The notes below the pieces were generated by a model. That model did not search any database, was not told the DNA's origin, and saw nothing but the letters and a program-made list of their open reading frames with translations. Positions 24,636-37,042 of a stretch of 64,000 nt of DNA are shown here, one piece after another. The DNA is from Octopus sinensis. Lineage: Eukaryota. The stretch spans positions 170,562,001 to 170,626,000 of the forward strand of contig NC_042997.1 of NCBI RefSeq assembly GCF_006345805.1, read 5' to 3'. The translations under genes were made by a program, and so were the position numbers. Every line of letters begins with the position of its first letter. The stretch's first letter is position 1.

Positions 24636-25630
24636 CATATTTCTTATGGGTGATTTCAACTTCCCCGATGTTAAATGACCTGAAGGTCTCATACTCTCAG
24701 GAATGACTCATTGCAAGCAAGCACAGGTGGAGTCCCTGTTCAACCTCATCAAAGCCCTATTCATGGAGCAAGTTGTACTCAGACCAACTAGGGCGAATAA
24801 CATTCTGGATCTCTGCTTCATGAACAATATGGACATCATTCATGGTGTGAAAGTGACGCTGACATTAGTCTCAGATCACAACATAATAGAGCTGTCTATG
24901 TTTGGGCCAAACGTAACCAGAGACATAGAGCCTAAAGGAAGCACCCAAAATCTCTCCAATCTGAACTTCCACAAAGCAGAATGGAAATCGATCCAAAAAG
25001 AGATCCTCAGATAGGACTGGCCGAAATGTATCTCCACACCAGACATTGACATGAAACTAGAATGTTTCATATCTGTTGTGCAAACCATATGCCAGAAATA
25101 TATCCCAGAGCACAAGGCCAAAACAAATAGGAACAAGTTTCCAAGGGAAAGGAAGATCCTCATGAGATGACGGGCGAAATACAGAACCCCAGCGATCACG
25201 GCATGATGTCATAAGCTACAAGACCTTGGGAGAGTGGCTGCATGACTTGCTTAAAGACAGAAGTCAGGTCTTTGCAGCCAATGGTGCCTTTTCTAAGGAA
25301 ACTCAAATCCTAAGTGGCATCCCCCAGGGAACTGTTCTGGGGCCATTGCTGATCATAATAGCCCTCTGAGACATGCCCACGATCACTCAGACAGCTACTA
25401 TCACTAGCTATGCCAATGATACAAAATTACAACAGGCAGTAAAAAAATCAAGATGATGTCGCAAGCTTACAGTGGAACCTGAATTTGATATACAAGTGGG
25501 CCAAAATAAACAACATACAGTTTAATGCTGAAAAATTTCAAGCACTGCACTATCAACTCAAGAATGCACTACAGCCTGCATATACAGGACCTGAAGGCAC
25601 TACAATCCCAGAGTTACAGGCAGTGAAATA
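24636..25630 (+). mobile_element. CR1/Jockey-type LINE ORF2 relic with internal deletion (endonuclease C-half joined to RT core)
   Basis: MGDFNFPD...PTRANNILDLCF...SDHNII, then SGIPQGTVLGPLL...SYANDTK...YKWAKINNIQFNAEKFQALHY. Confidence 0.88.
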
Positions 25631-25651
25631 CTTTATATATATATATATATA

Positions 25652-25980
25652 TGATGGCCATCCACTCGTGACCAAGGAAGACCATTGCCGACCTTCAGGA
25701 ACATTGTGCGCTCTAGGACTAACTTATATTTTGCATTTGCAGCTCCGTTGGTGGCTAATGAGCCCTGCTCTTGACAAGCATACACGACTGCAAACATTGC
25801 AGACCAAGCTTTCCCCATTCACTATACAAGCCGTGCGCTTTCGCACAGCTCGCTTAAGTTCTTCATGCTGGATACGTGCTCTCTCAAAAGTGTCGATCCC
25901 CTCCTTAACCTGCTTCCTCCATCTGTGGCGATGACAGGCATTGTTCTCCCAGTCAGTGTCCTGTATATTAAAAGCCTTTA

Positions 25981-25985
<5 letters not shown>
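25652..25985 (-). mobile_element. RTE (BovB-like) LINE 3' end with terminal zinc finger
   Basis: LKAFNIQDTDWENNACHRHRWRKQVKEG...CNVCSRVCLSRAGLISHQRSC; short UTR into (TA)n. Confidence 0.85.
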
Positions 25986-26025
<40 letters not shown>

Positions 26026-26028
<3 letters not shown>

Positions 26029-26850
26029 GGTGTGGTGAATAAACTGTTGTCTAAATTATACAAAAACGAAAATAACACTAATATCTCATTTTAACATATA
26101 TTTACCAAATATGTCTTGAAATACTAAAGAGTAACTTTATTCAATAAAATCGCCATTGGCTTCCACCACGACCTCCAGACGACTTCAGAATCTCCTGCAA
26201 CTCTTCTGGACGGTCTCCTTGTATAAGTTGGTGAATGCTGCCATAATCCTTGCCTTCAGTTCTTACAAGGAGTTTTGTTGGTCTCTTGCTCAACTGCTCC
26301 CCGAACATAATAATCATGGGGATTGCAGTCTGATGAGCTAGGTGGCTGGCTATTAGGGGTGATGTGGTTGCAGATATTGTCTGGCAGCTGTGACTACATT
26401 CTCCTGCTCGTGTGATATAGTGTAGAGTCTTGTTGCCAGACATAGGGTCTTCCAGCAACCACCCACTTGACTCAGGGTAGCACCACCTCCTTCAAGCACT
26501 CGATGTAGGCCTCCATGTTGAGTCTGAGATCATGTTGGAAGATAAAGGGAGGCATAACTTTTCCATCACTGTGATTACTCCAAACACCATGATGTTGACT
26601 GTTTGATTTTTATCACTCTCGATACATGTTCTGAAATGTTTGTACTGGAGTTTCCAATGTGAATGCCAAGCAGTACAGCATGTCATTTCCAAATTTATGG
26701 CAGAGTGAATTATGTCATGGTGCTGTTATTGTCACAGACAGTACCCAAGTGACCCTACTATACTGTGTAGTCGATAAAATCAAAAACAAACAATGCACAT
26801 GCACAAAATTAAAAATATAAAAATGACAAAAATTTACCCATCACACCTTG
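26026..26850 (-). mobile_element. Tc1/mariner DD37D (maT-like) transposon, internally deleted
   Basis: TA-flanked degenerate TIRs; VWQQD-(37 aa)-NPHDYY, C-terminus RLEVVVEANGDFIE. Confidence 0.85.
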
Positions 26851-26871
26851 TACATGTATGTACATATAATG

Positions 26872-27065
26872 TGCCAGTGGCACGTAAAAAGCACCCACTT
26901 CACTCTTGGAGTGGTTGGTGCTAGGACAGGGCATCCAGCTGTAGAAACATTGCCAGATCAGATTGGAGCCTGGTGCAGCCACTGGCTCTCCAGACCTCAG
27001 TCAAACCGTCCAACCCATGCCAGAATGGAAAACGGATGTTAAACGTTGATGATGATGATGATGAT
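26872..27065 (+). mobile_element. Family C (RTE tail)
   Basis: gtggcacgtaaaaagcaccc...ggcatccagctgtagaaac...(GAT)n. Confidence 0.85.
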
Positions 27066-27304
27066 ATATAATATACATACATAGATATATATGTTGTCAG
27101 GTCAGTCTTGGGTGTTACTGGTAACATGTAACCAAATACATGAAAAGAAAAGCAACACTTGCTAAAGGGTGGAGCAATTTGTAGGAGTCAATAGCTTTCC
27201 AATACTGTGCATATAGAAGAGTTAACCTCCATGACAAAAAGTCTCTGAGCCAGGGTCACAGTGAAGTTATTGGGAGCAGTATGGTAGATATGAAGTCAAG
27301 CATA

Positions 27305-27768
27305 CTCTTTTACTCTTTTACTTGTTTCAGTCATTTGACTGCGGCCATTCTGGAGCACCGCCTTTAGTCGAGCAAATCGACCCCAGGACTTATTCTTTGT
27401 AAGCCTAGTACTTATTCTATCGGTCTCTCTTGCTAAACTGCTAAGTTACGGGGACGTAAACACACCAGCATCGATTGTCAAGCGATGCTGGTGGGGACAA
27501 ACACATACACACAAACATACACACACACACACACAGACACACAGACACACAGACACACACACACACACACACAACACACACACACACATATATACATATA
27601 TATGACAGGCTTCATTCAGTTTCCGTCTACCAAATCCACTCACAAGGCTTTGGTCAGCCTGAGGCTATAGTAGAAGACATTTGCCCAAGGTCCCACGTAG
27701 TGGGACTGAACCCAGAACCATGTGGCTGGTAAACAAGCTACTTACCAGACAGTCACTCCTGCGCCTAT
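27305..27768 (-). mobile_element. SINE family B, full length
   Basis: rc of the B consensus. Confidence 0.9.
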
Positions 27769-28079
27769 ATTGATTTTCATTCAAAGTCTGATCTTCATTT
27801 GGCATAACTACATAACACAGTCTGGGTGGAAGAGCCTCTTCAGTCAACAGTCAGTCTAGGGTCAACCAATCCAGTAATCAGATTACTGCCACTTGAAAGA
27901 ACTGGCAATTAATCAACTCACTTTAGCTACTTGAAAACACTATGGAGTTTTGGAACCTCAAAGTGTCACCAATTGGATAACAACAAAGAAGAGAAGAATG
28001 TGTGTGTGTATATATATATTTGAATAATAAGCTACCAGGTGTATACCATATGATTTATTATCTAATAATAATAACAATA

Positions 28080-28117
<38 letters not shown>

Positions 28118-28155
28118 TAATAATAATAATAATGACGATGATGATGATGATGATG

Positions 28156-28192
<37 letters not shown>

Positions 28193-28519
28193 CAACAACA
28201 ATATACACACACGCACACATACACACACACACAAAGATTGTTTGCTTTCAGTTTCTATCTACAAAATCCACTCACAAGGCTTTGATCTGCCCAGGGCTAT
28301 AGTAGAACACACTTGCCCAAGGTGTCACACATTGGAACTGAACCCAAAAATATAAACAGAATGTTGTAAACAAGCCAGAAAAATGTCACCTAGAACTGAC
28401 TAACAATAGCCAATCGATGCCCAATGTTGAGAGGTCAAATTAATCAACATGAAGACGACAAATTCATATGTCCATAACTCATATATCCATTACAAAAAGG
28501 AAGAAAAATTTACAACTAA

Positions 28520-28860
28520 TTGCCTTACTGGCACTTGTGCCGGTGGCAGTGTAAAAACATTCGAGCGAGGTCATTGCCAGTGCCGCTGGACTGGCTCCTG
28601 TGCAGGTGGTATGTAAAAGACACCATTTGAGCATGGCCCTTGCCAGTTCCGCCTGACTGGCCCTCGTGCTGGTGGCATGTAAAAGCACCCATTACACTCT
28701 CAGAGTGGTTGGCATTAGGAAGGGCATCAAGCTGTAAAAACTCTGCCAGATCAAGATTGGAGTCTGGTGCAGCCATCTGGTTCGCCAGTCCTCAGTCAAA
28801 TCATCCAACCCATGCTAGCATGGAAAACAGACGTTAAACAATGACGATGATGATGATGAT
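28520..28860 (+). mobile_element. Family C (long RTE 3' UTR)
   Basis: Closely matches 33800-34138. Confidence 0.88.
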
Positions 28861-29449
28861 GCTTATAAAGACTGGCCATTTACAAAAGTTCAAACTGTTG
28901 CAGTGAAATTGCAGTGAATAGGTTGAAGTTTTGCAACGAAAATTTTGTCACTTCAAAATAACAAATTAAAACTGTACTTAACAGTTGTGTGCATTCTTTA
29001 ATAGCTAAAATGACTCCTCTACCATGTAATTGCTTAAATTTCAACATACTGTCTTAGATTAAGTCAAGTACTAGACAGGTGCAACTCTGAAATTTTATAA
29101 GGCATTGATGAATTATTTTAAGATTTGTGGGGATGAGGGATATATTTGTTTAAGCAGTGTTGTTGCTTAAGATGGGATGGGGTATAACTGTATTGTATTG
29201 TTTAGAATTGTTATTGCTGTTGTTGCTATCTTAAAGAATTTTAAAGAACAACATTACAAAAATGAATAATTAAAGCTTCAGAAAAGTTCTAATACTCATC
29301 TTAAAGAGAAAAAATTGCATAAAAAATTACTCTTTATACACACACAAATATCCATGATCATAATCATGCAGGTGACTGTAGTGTCAAAGAAAATGACTAT
29401 TCTAAGCTGCATAACAATAAGATAATTCTGTAAGTGTATCATGAGTGTG

Positions 29450-30060
29450 ATGTATTGGTTGAGCTGAATATATGAAAAGAACACAGACATGAGTGGACTG
29501 TCTAGCAGCATGACAAGTATATGTCCCACTGGAACAATTTGGGTGATTCTAGCAGCTCAGTGATTTAACTTTTGTTGTCAATGCTGTTCTCAACACTATC
29601 CATTGGCCTTGATGTTACAACCACACTGCTCACAGCTGTCCAGTTTTAACGTATGTGTGTGATCACTACTCACAATTACCAGAGACAGTTGTATTTATAG
29701 CTATTTCTTTCAGAGAAAAAAATTGTCAGAAGCTGGAATTGTCAAAAAGATCCTGTTGCATAAGAAGTTCAAACAGCCAGTGCTTTGATGACAATCAACA
29801 ATTGAACAAATCATATTTGTGTCATACAGTGACATTAGATTGGCCAGTTGTTCAATGACATCATCAGTCTCTTACATAAATCTCCTGATTGTTGAAACTT
29901 AACAATCCTATTTCGATTCCTTCGTGTTTGAGACTGTCAAATATTCCTGCTACAGTTATAATTTGACAAAACGAAAGTGGTACACTATTATTGAAGATCA
30001 GTATAATGAGTTGTCTAATTTATTAACTTTTCACAGGAAGAACTGATTAAAACTAATTAA
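29450..30060 (+). mobile_element. Possible hAT transposase relic
   Basis: Weak motifs LSIGLDVTTT..TAVQ and ETVK...EDQYNELSNLL; heavily decayed. Confidence 0.25.
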
Positions 30061-30119
30061 GTATCATTGTAAAATTGACACCATCATAAACTAAATTTGT
30101 GGGTAATGAATTATTTAAA

Positions 30120-30345
30120 TCTGTAACATAAGGATAGATAGTCTTCAAAATTGTTTGTTGGTAGAAAAGTCCCTTGTCAACAGTCAAAGGGAAGACATAG
30201 AAAATAGCTAAATTGATAACATTCTTGAGATAACCTGATTAAAAATGCAACAATTAATAGGATCAGCAGAAGATAGAGATGAATGTGGAAGAATGTTAGA
30301 CAAGCCACTCCAAAAGTTGGCAGCTGTGGATGATGAGAAGAGTAG
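30120..30345 (+). mobile_element. RTE LINE C-terminal relic (followed by a SINE B 5' piece at 30383-30530)
   Basis: KVPCQQSKGRHRK..IDNI...LIGSAEDRDECGRM resembles G.R.RGR.R.RW.D.I...AEDR..WR. Confidence 0.6.
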
Positions 30346-31314
30346 GATAAAAGTAAATAATAATTCTCAAGATGATTATAAGTACAAGAGTGAATGTATT
30401 GTAAGAAGTTTGCTTCCCAACCGCATACTCTGAGAGTCAGTCCCACTGCATGAAACCTTGAGCAAGTGTCTTCTACTATGGCACTGGGCCGACAATAACC
30501 TTGTGAATTGATTCAGAAGATTCACAAGCTCGTTGTGTGTGTGTGTGTACTCCCTTAGGGCAAAGTTTTCTGTCTTAATCCATTTCTGGCTGTCGTCACC
30601 ACACCTGCCCCCCCCCCCTCTTTCAGGCTTTCATTAGTTTATTCCATGTGTTTGGCTGTTTGATGACACTTGAAAATATGCACAGCTAAGTTAAGAGTTT
30701 CTGGTTTTTTAATTGCCTCATTCATTTAAACTCATCTATTTTCTAAAATAATTCTTTCTTGTTTGTTCTGCCCCTAAAATGACTAACATTTCTTGGCTAC
30801 ATGTATATACATATTTCATGCTTTTCTCTAAAATAATTCTTACTTGTCTACTCTCCTCCTTAAGATGACTCTATCATGTCCGTGGCTGCGCTCCCCCTCC
30901 ACCCACCACCAATACCAGAAATCTCATTTCTCCTACCAGACATCTAGTTGCCCTTCCTTCTCACCTCTTATATTGGTAATCTTGCTGCTCTTTCCTTTCT
31001 CTCCCCACCATCTCTGGACTAACTAAACCAGATAGCAGCCCACTTACCCTCTCTCTCATTTTTTTTCTTACGTTTATATCTGCAGCATCAGTAATGCTTT
31101 CACCCACAATGTTCATAATGCTTATATTTACAATGCTCCAAACACTTTCATATACAATGCTTCCTTACTCACACCCTCCAGTAGAGGTAACAATGTTAAC
31201 AATTCTAACATGTTTGAATGATGGTGGTTAAAAGCGACGTCTGTTACCAAACAATCATGGGAACCTTCTTTTCAGGTGCTGAATGACATCTTTCCTTCCC
31301 GTGTTACCTCCCAT

Positions 31315-31590
31315 ATCTCTTTCCCAGTTTCCAGAGTTAGCACTGTAAATGTACGCACATTGAAAGGTAGGTCTAGCGAAATTGTACAGATGCTTGAATG
31401 GAGATGTATTGACGTATGTTGTGTACAAGAGGTACGATGGAAAGGAGCTTCAGCCAGAGTCCTCACAGGCTAAGCACATTGGTATAAACTCTTCTGCAAA
31501 GGTAATAGTGATCGAATAGGGGTGTGGGCATACTTCTTACAGAGAAATGGGTGGATAAAGCCATAGAGGTAGTGAGGGTGTGCGATAGTC
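31315..31590 (+). mobile_element. RTE LINE AP-endonuclease N-terminus, cut by a family C tail at 31590-31725
   Basis: RVSTVNVRTLKGRSSEIVQMLEWRCIDVCCVQEVRWKG...GVGILL.EKWVDK. Confidence 0.88.
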
Positions 31591-31739
31591 AGTAGCATGT
31601 AAAAAGTACCCACTATAGTCTCAGAGTGGTTGGCATTAGGAAGGGCATCCAGCTGTAGAAACATTGCCAGATCAGTCAAACCATCCAACCCATGCCAGCA
31701 TGGAAAACGGACGTTAAACGATGATATATATATATATAT

Positions 31740-32094
31740 ATATTGTTATATTTCGGAACGGTCATTTTGCCAGTTTAGCCAATAAAAACACACGCACTAT
31801 ATATTTGGTGTTATTTTGCTTCAGTGTTATTTATTTTTTACATTAATCTTAATCCTATTTTGGCCAGAGTTCTTTCGTCACAGTCCTGTGACCGCATCAG
31901 TGGTCCTTTGTTTTCTTCTTTCTTATTTGTGTCTCTCCTTACTAACCGTCAGCCATTTTGTATTTCTATTGTATGTCTTCATTTGCGCACGCTTATATCT
32001 CTATTTATTGGCTAAACTGGCAAAATGACCATTCCGAAATATAACAATATCTGTTTCAACACATGACTTCACATAAAAAATCTTGCACAACAAA
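31740..32094. mobile_element. Short element in (TA)n with ~48-bp inverted repeats and an internal hammerhead-like motif (Penelope-related or MITE)
   Basis: atattgttatatttcggaacggtcattttgccagtttagccaataaa at 31740-31787 and its rc at 32003-32050. Confidence 0.7.
31864..31903 (-). ncRNA. Minimal type I hammerhead-like motif (A9 replaced by C)
   Basis: cca-CUGAUGC-G-GUCACAG-GA-CUGUGAC-GAAA-GAAC-UC-ugg. Confidence 0.45.
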
Positions 32095-32289
32095 TATATA
32101 TATATAGATATATATATATACATATACAAATACATATATGTATATATATGTGTGTGTGTATATATATACATATATATATGTATATATTAAATTAATAATT
32201 ATATATATAATCATTAATTTGATATATAAATTACCTATAATTTTTTATTTCATACTGACTACCTGATATAAATCATGGATGTAATTTCT

Positions 32290-34138
32290 GGTATGACAGC
32301 TGCAGGAGAAATACCTAGCCAAAGATAAACCTCTGTACCTGGCTTTCGTTGACATGGAGAAAGCCTTTGACAGGGTCCCTCAATCCCTTATCTGGTGGTC
32401 AGTGAGGAAAGTAGGGTTAGATGAATGGTTAGTGAGAGCTGTGCAAGCCATGTACAGGGATACTGTCAGTGAGGTGTGGGTTGGCAATGAGTATGGTGAA
32501 GAATTTCGGGTAGAGGTAGGGATCCATCAAGGATCAGTCCTCAGCCCACTTCTATTTATCATAGTCCTCCAGGCAATAACAGAGGAATTCAAGACAGGAT
32601 GCCCCTGGGAGCTCCTCTATGCTGACGACCTTGTTTTAATTGCTGAGTCACTATCAGAACTAGAGGAGAAGTTCAAGATGTGGAAACAAGGATTAGAATC
32701 AAAGTGCCTTAGAATAAACCTAGCTAAAACCAAAGTCCTAATAAGTAGGAAGGCAGACATACCACAAATCCCTTCAGGTAGATGGTCCTGCTCGATCTGT
32801 AAAAAGAGCATAGGTAGAAACTCTATAAGATGTGCCCAGTGTAAGCTATGGACACATAAGACGTGTAGCAATATTAAAGGAACGCTAACTGGGAAGATAG
32901 TTTTTGTATGTGGCAAATGCTCAGGAGCAATAAACACTGAAAATATGCAGAGAACAACTTCTGCCACATTCCAGGGAGAACATCTAGAAGTAGTTGATAG
33001 CTTCCATTACCTAGGTGACCAAGTCAGTAGCAGGGAGGGTGCACTGAAAGTGTAGCTGCTAGAATAAGAATAGCCTGGGCAAAGTTCAAAGAGCTCTTAC
33101 CTCTGCTGGTGACAAAGGGCTTCTCACTCAGAGTAAAAGGTAGACTGTATGACACATGTGTACAAACAGCCATGCTACATGGCAGTAAAACATGGACTGT
33201 GACTGCTGAGGACATGCATAAGCTTGCAAGGAATGAAGCCAGTATGCTCCGATGGATGTGTAAGTACCTTGAGAGAAAAGTTGGACCTAAGAAGCACCAG
33301 ATGTGGTGTGCAAGAGAGACAACTGCACTGGTATGGTCATGTGGCGAGAATGGATGTGGACAGCTGTGTGAAAAAGTGCCACACCCTAGCGGTTGAGGAA
33401 ATCTGTGGAAGTGGTAGACCCTGGAAAACCTGGGATGAAGTGGTGAAACACAACCTTTGAACACTAGGCCTCACCGAGGCAATGACTAGTTACCAAGACC
33501 TTTGGAAATATATAGTGTGTGAGAAGATCTGGCAAGCCAAGTGAGACCATAACCCGTGGCCTATGCTAGGGGTGTAACCAACCCACTTATGCATACCTTT
33601 CTTTCAGTGGACTCTAAACTCTGCTTCTGAAGACCTGTTGAGGCAACGAAATTGAAATAAAATCAAATTCGCAAATTCGATGACTGGCACCCATGCTGGT
33701 GGAGTGCTAACAGCACTATCTGAGCCTGATTGCTGCCAGAGTAGCTGACTAGCTTCTGTGCTGGTGGCATGTAAAAAGCACCATTCGTTACCAGCATTGT
33801 CTTACTGGTGCTTGTGCTGGTGGCACATGGAAAACATTCGAGTAAGGTCATTGCTAGAGCCGCTGGACTGGCTCCTGAGCAGGTGGCACTTAAAAAACAC
33901 CACTTGAGCGTGGCCGTTGCCAGTACCACCTGAATGGCCCTCGTGCTGGTGGCACATAAAAGCACCAACTACACTCTTGGAGTGGTTGGCTTTAGGAAGG
34001 GCATCCAGCTGTAGAAACTCTGCCTGATCAGATTGGAGCCTGGTGCAGCCATCTGGTTCACCAGTCCTCAGTCAAATCGTCCAACCCATGCTAGCATGAA
34101 AAGCATACGTTAAACGATGATGATGATGATGATGATGA
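32290..34138 (+). mobile_element. RTE LINE 3' half: RT with inserted PHD finger, C-terminus and full 3' UTR ending (GAT)n
   Basis: AFVDMEKAFDRVP, GIHQGSVLSPLLF, LLYADDLVL, FHYLG, GRPWKTWDEVV; frameshifted after 33030. Confidence 0.95.
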
Positions 34139-34409
34139 TAATGTGTCTATAGTAGAAATTTTTTATTAGTTGTTCATCTTTGAAATAACATTCCAAAATG
34201 TATCAGGCTCTCATTTCCAGACCTTCCCAATCTCATTTTAAAATTAAACCATTCTAATGATGGTTTGTCCACATGTTCTGTGATAAGTGGCAAAGGCTCT
34301 TGGGAACAATTTCATAACTAGTAAAAATCTTCAACACTGGATTCAAAATTATTGAATGATAAATTCTGGTAGATTTCACGATATGACATTTTTTTAGTGT
34401 AATATCATC

Positions 34410-35624
34410 TTTGTTGGTAACAAAGGGCCTCTCACTCAGAATGAAAGCGGATTTTCATGGCAATGAAACATGGGCTGTGAATGCAGAGGACATGCAAAAG
34501 CTTCAGAGAAATGAAGCCAGTATGTTCCACTGGATATGCAATGTCAGTGTTCACGTATGAAGTTAGCTGTGTGAAAAAGTGCTACATCCTAGCGGTTGAG
34601 GGAACATGTGGAAGAGGTAGACCCAGGAAGACCTGGGATGAAGTGGTGAAGCACGAACTTTGAACATTAGGCCTCACCGAGGCAATGACTAGTGACTGAG
34701 ACCTTTGGAAATATGCAGTGTGTGAGAAGACCCAGCAAGCCAAGTGAGACCATAACCTGGTTTGAGAAAAAAATTAGGTATAAGAGGTATTAGATATAGT
34801 GTGCAAGGGGGAAGACTGCTGGTGTGATCGTTTGATGTGTATGGATGAGAAGAGCTGCATAAAGAAGTGTTGATTTCCAAATGTGGAGGGAAGGCCTGAG
34901 GAAGAAGTAGACTCAGGAAGACATGGGATGAAGTGGTGAGAAATGATCTTCAGATGTTGAGATTCAAAGGACTGAGACAACTTGTGGTTTGCTCTGCTTG
35001 AAAAGACCTGCCCAGCTAAGTAAAGTCCAGGTTCATGTCCCCCCCACTCCATTACCTATGCTCACCACTGCTGTATTCCCCTCTCCCTCAAGTACCTACC
35101 TGCACACAGTGTCCTTGTTAAATTCCTTCCCCACAACATGTCATCCTATACCTCCTCCCTCTACTAGCACCACATATTACATCCCTCCCTCAGCTATCAC
35201 TCACCTTTTGCAATTTTGTGCACTCACCCAACACCTCACCCTCTCCAATCCCTGGTCCACTTCACTATAAACATCTCCCTGTAACTTGGGTGTTTGGCCC
35301 TTGACCTCACTCATCTTCTTTCACCATCTTTTTTCCTTCTCCTCTTTCTCTCCATCTGAGGTAGCCATGTCCTAATGCAAGACATTTTTGTTGTCCCTTT
35401 CGATTGAGGGGTCTTGACCTACAAGTTACTTGGTGACCTCCCTGCTGCTGCTGACGCCATGTAAAAGTACCCTTTACACTCTGGTTGGCATCCAGCCATA
35501 GAAACCATGCTAAACCAGACAGCAGAGCTTGGTACAGATTTCTGATTTGCCAGTTCCTGTCAAACCATCCTATACATACCAACATAGAAAATGGACGTTA
35601 AATGATGATGATGATGATAAGAAC

Positions 35625-35665
<41 letters not shown>
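34410..35665 (+). mobile_element. Two further RTE 3' ORF fragments with a long 3' UTR and family C tail
   Basis: GRGRPRKTWDEVVKHEL (34610-34660) and RKTWDEVVRNDL (34915-34950); tail into (GAT)n. Confidence 0.8.
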
Positions 35666-35666
<1 letters not shown>

Positions 35667-35699
35667 AATATCTATAAAATTATTTTCCCTATGAGTAGA

Positions 35700-35910
35700 G
35701 TTTCTATGGAATTCTATATACAATTCAAGTGCTGTCAACTAAAATTTATCCAATTACATTTTGTTTACAACAGCTCCTGGTTGCAAATGTATAGTCAATC
35801 AATGATAAAGTGTCGTACTTGTGTGTCCAATGGGAGAATTTGAATCATGATGCTTACAAGTTTTATGTCTATATTGAAATATGTATATGATGCTGGTTGT
35901 CTGAAGTATG
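35700..35910 (-). mobile_element. Old piggyBac-like transposase fragment
   Basis: Aligns by eye with 61565-61785. Confidence 0.4.
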
Positions 35911-36061
35911 TTCCAAACCAAACATAAAAGACTAATAAAGAAAAATATGGAACAGCCTTAATAAAACAAAATCAAACAAGAATATGGTCATGCCTTTAAT
36001 ATATCAATGTAACATGTTTTGAAAGAAAAGCAGTTCCTTATTTACGCTAATATATATATAT

Positions 36062-36735
36062 GTGAAGGTGCATGGCTTAGTGGTTAGGGTGTTGCACTCA
36101 CAGTTGCAAGATCATGGGTTCAATTCTCAGACCCAGCATTGCATTGTGTTCTTAAGCAAAGCACTTCATTTCATGTTGCTCTCTTTTACTTGTTTCAGTC
36201 ATTTGACTGTAGCCATGCTGGAGCACCACCTTTAGTTGAGCAACTCAACCCCAGGACTTATTCTTTGTAAGCCTAGTACTTATTCTATTGGTCTCTTTTG
36301 CCAAACCGCTAAGTTACGGGGATGTAAACACACCAGCATCGGTTGTCAAGCGATGTTGGGGTGACAAACACAGACACACAAACACACACATACGGCAGTT
36401 TCGGTCTACCAAATCCACTCACAAGGGTTTGGTTAGCCCGAGGCTATAGTAGAAGACACTTGCCCAAGATGCCATGCAGCGAGACTGAACCCGGAACCAG
36501 GTGGTTGGTAAGCAAGCTACTTACCACACAGCCACTCCTACGCCTATGCTCTGTGATCATTTCATCATCTGACATGTGGCACAGGGTGCACCTGTACAGG
36601 TAATGTCGATTTGATGGAGGGAGTGAGCTTATGTCTACACAAACATTTGATTACTATAAACAAATTATCTGTGTGGTTGTTTGGCAAGAAATTGCCAAAC
36701 CCTCATACATCATCTAATGATGGGAGAGGCCATTA
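36062..36735 (+). mobile_element. SINE D variant interrupted by a SINE B(-) at ~36183-36546
   Basis: D head at 36062-36180 resumes at 36547; tgctct on both sides of the B copy. Confidence 0.8.
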
Positions 36736-36742
36736 TTATGTG

Positions 36743-36827
<85 letters not shown>

Positions 36828-37042
36828 GCATGTGTGTGTGTGTGTGTATGTATGTATATTATGTATTATGTATATATCAATATTACGCTTAGGCATAGTG
36901 AAACTAACAACTTGGTGTTAGAACTTCATATGCATATGCTTCTAAAAAAAGGCATTCAAAGCATTATTTGAGTACAGAGTAAATGACATGGGAATGAAAT
37001 TATGTAATGAACTTCATATATATATGTATGTATATATATATA

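Noticed and set aside
27100-27990. Possible RTE 5' UTR and endonuclease start on either side of the SINE B
   Set aside because: Only a faint LTLAT-like motif; too weak to call
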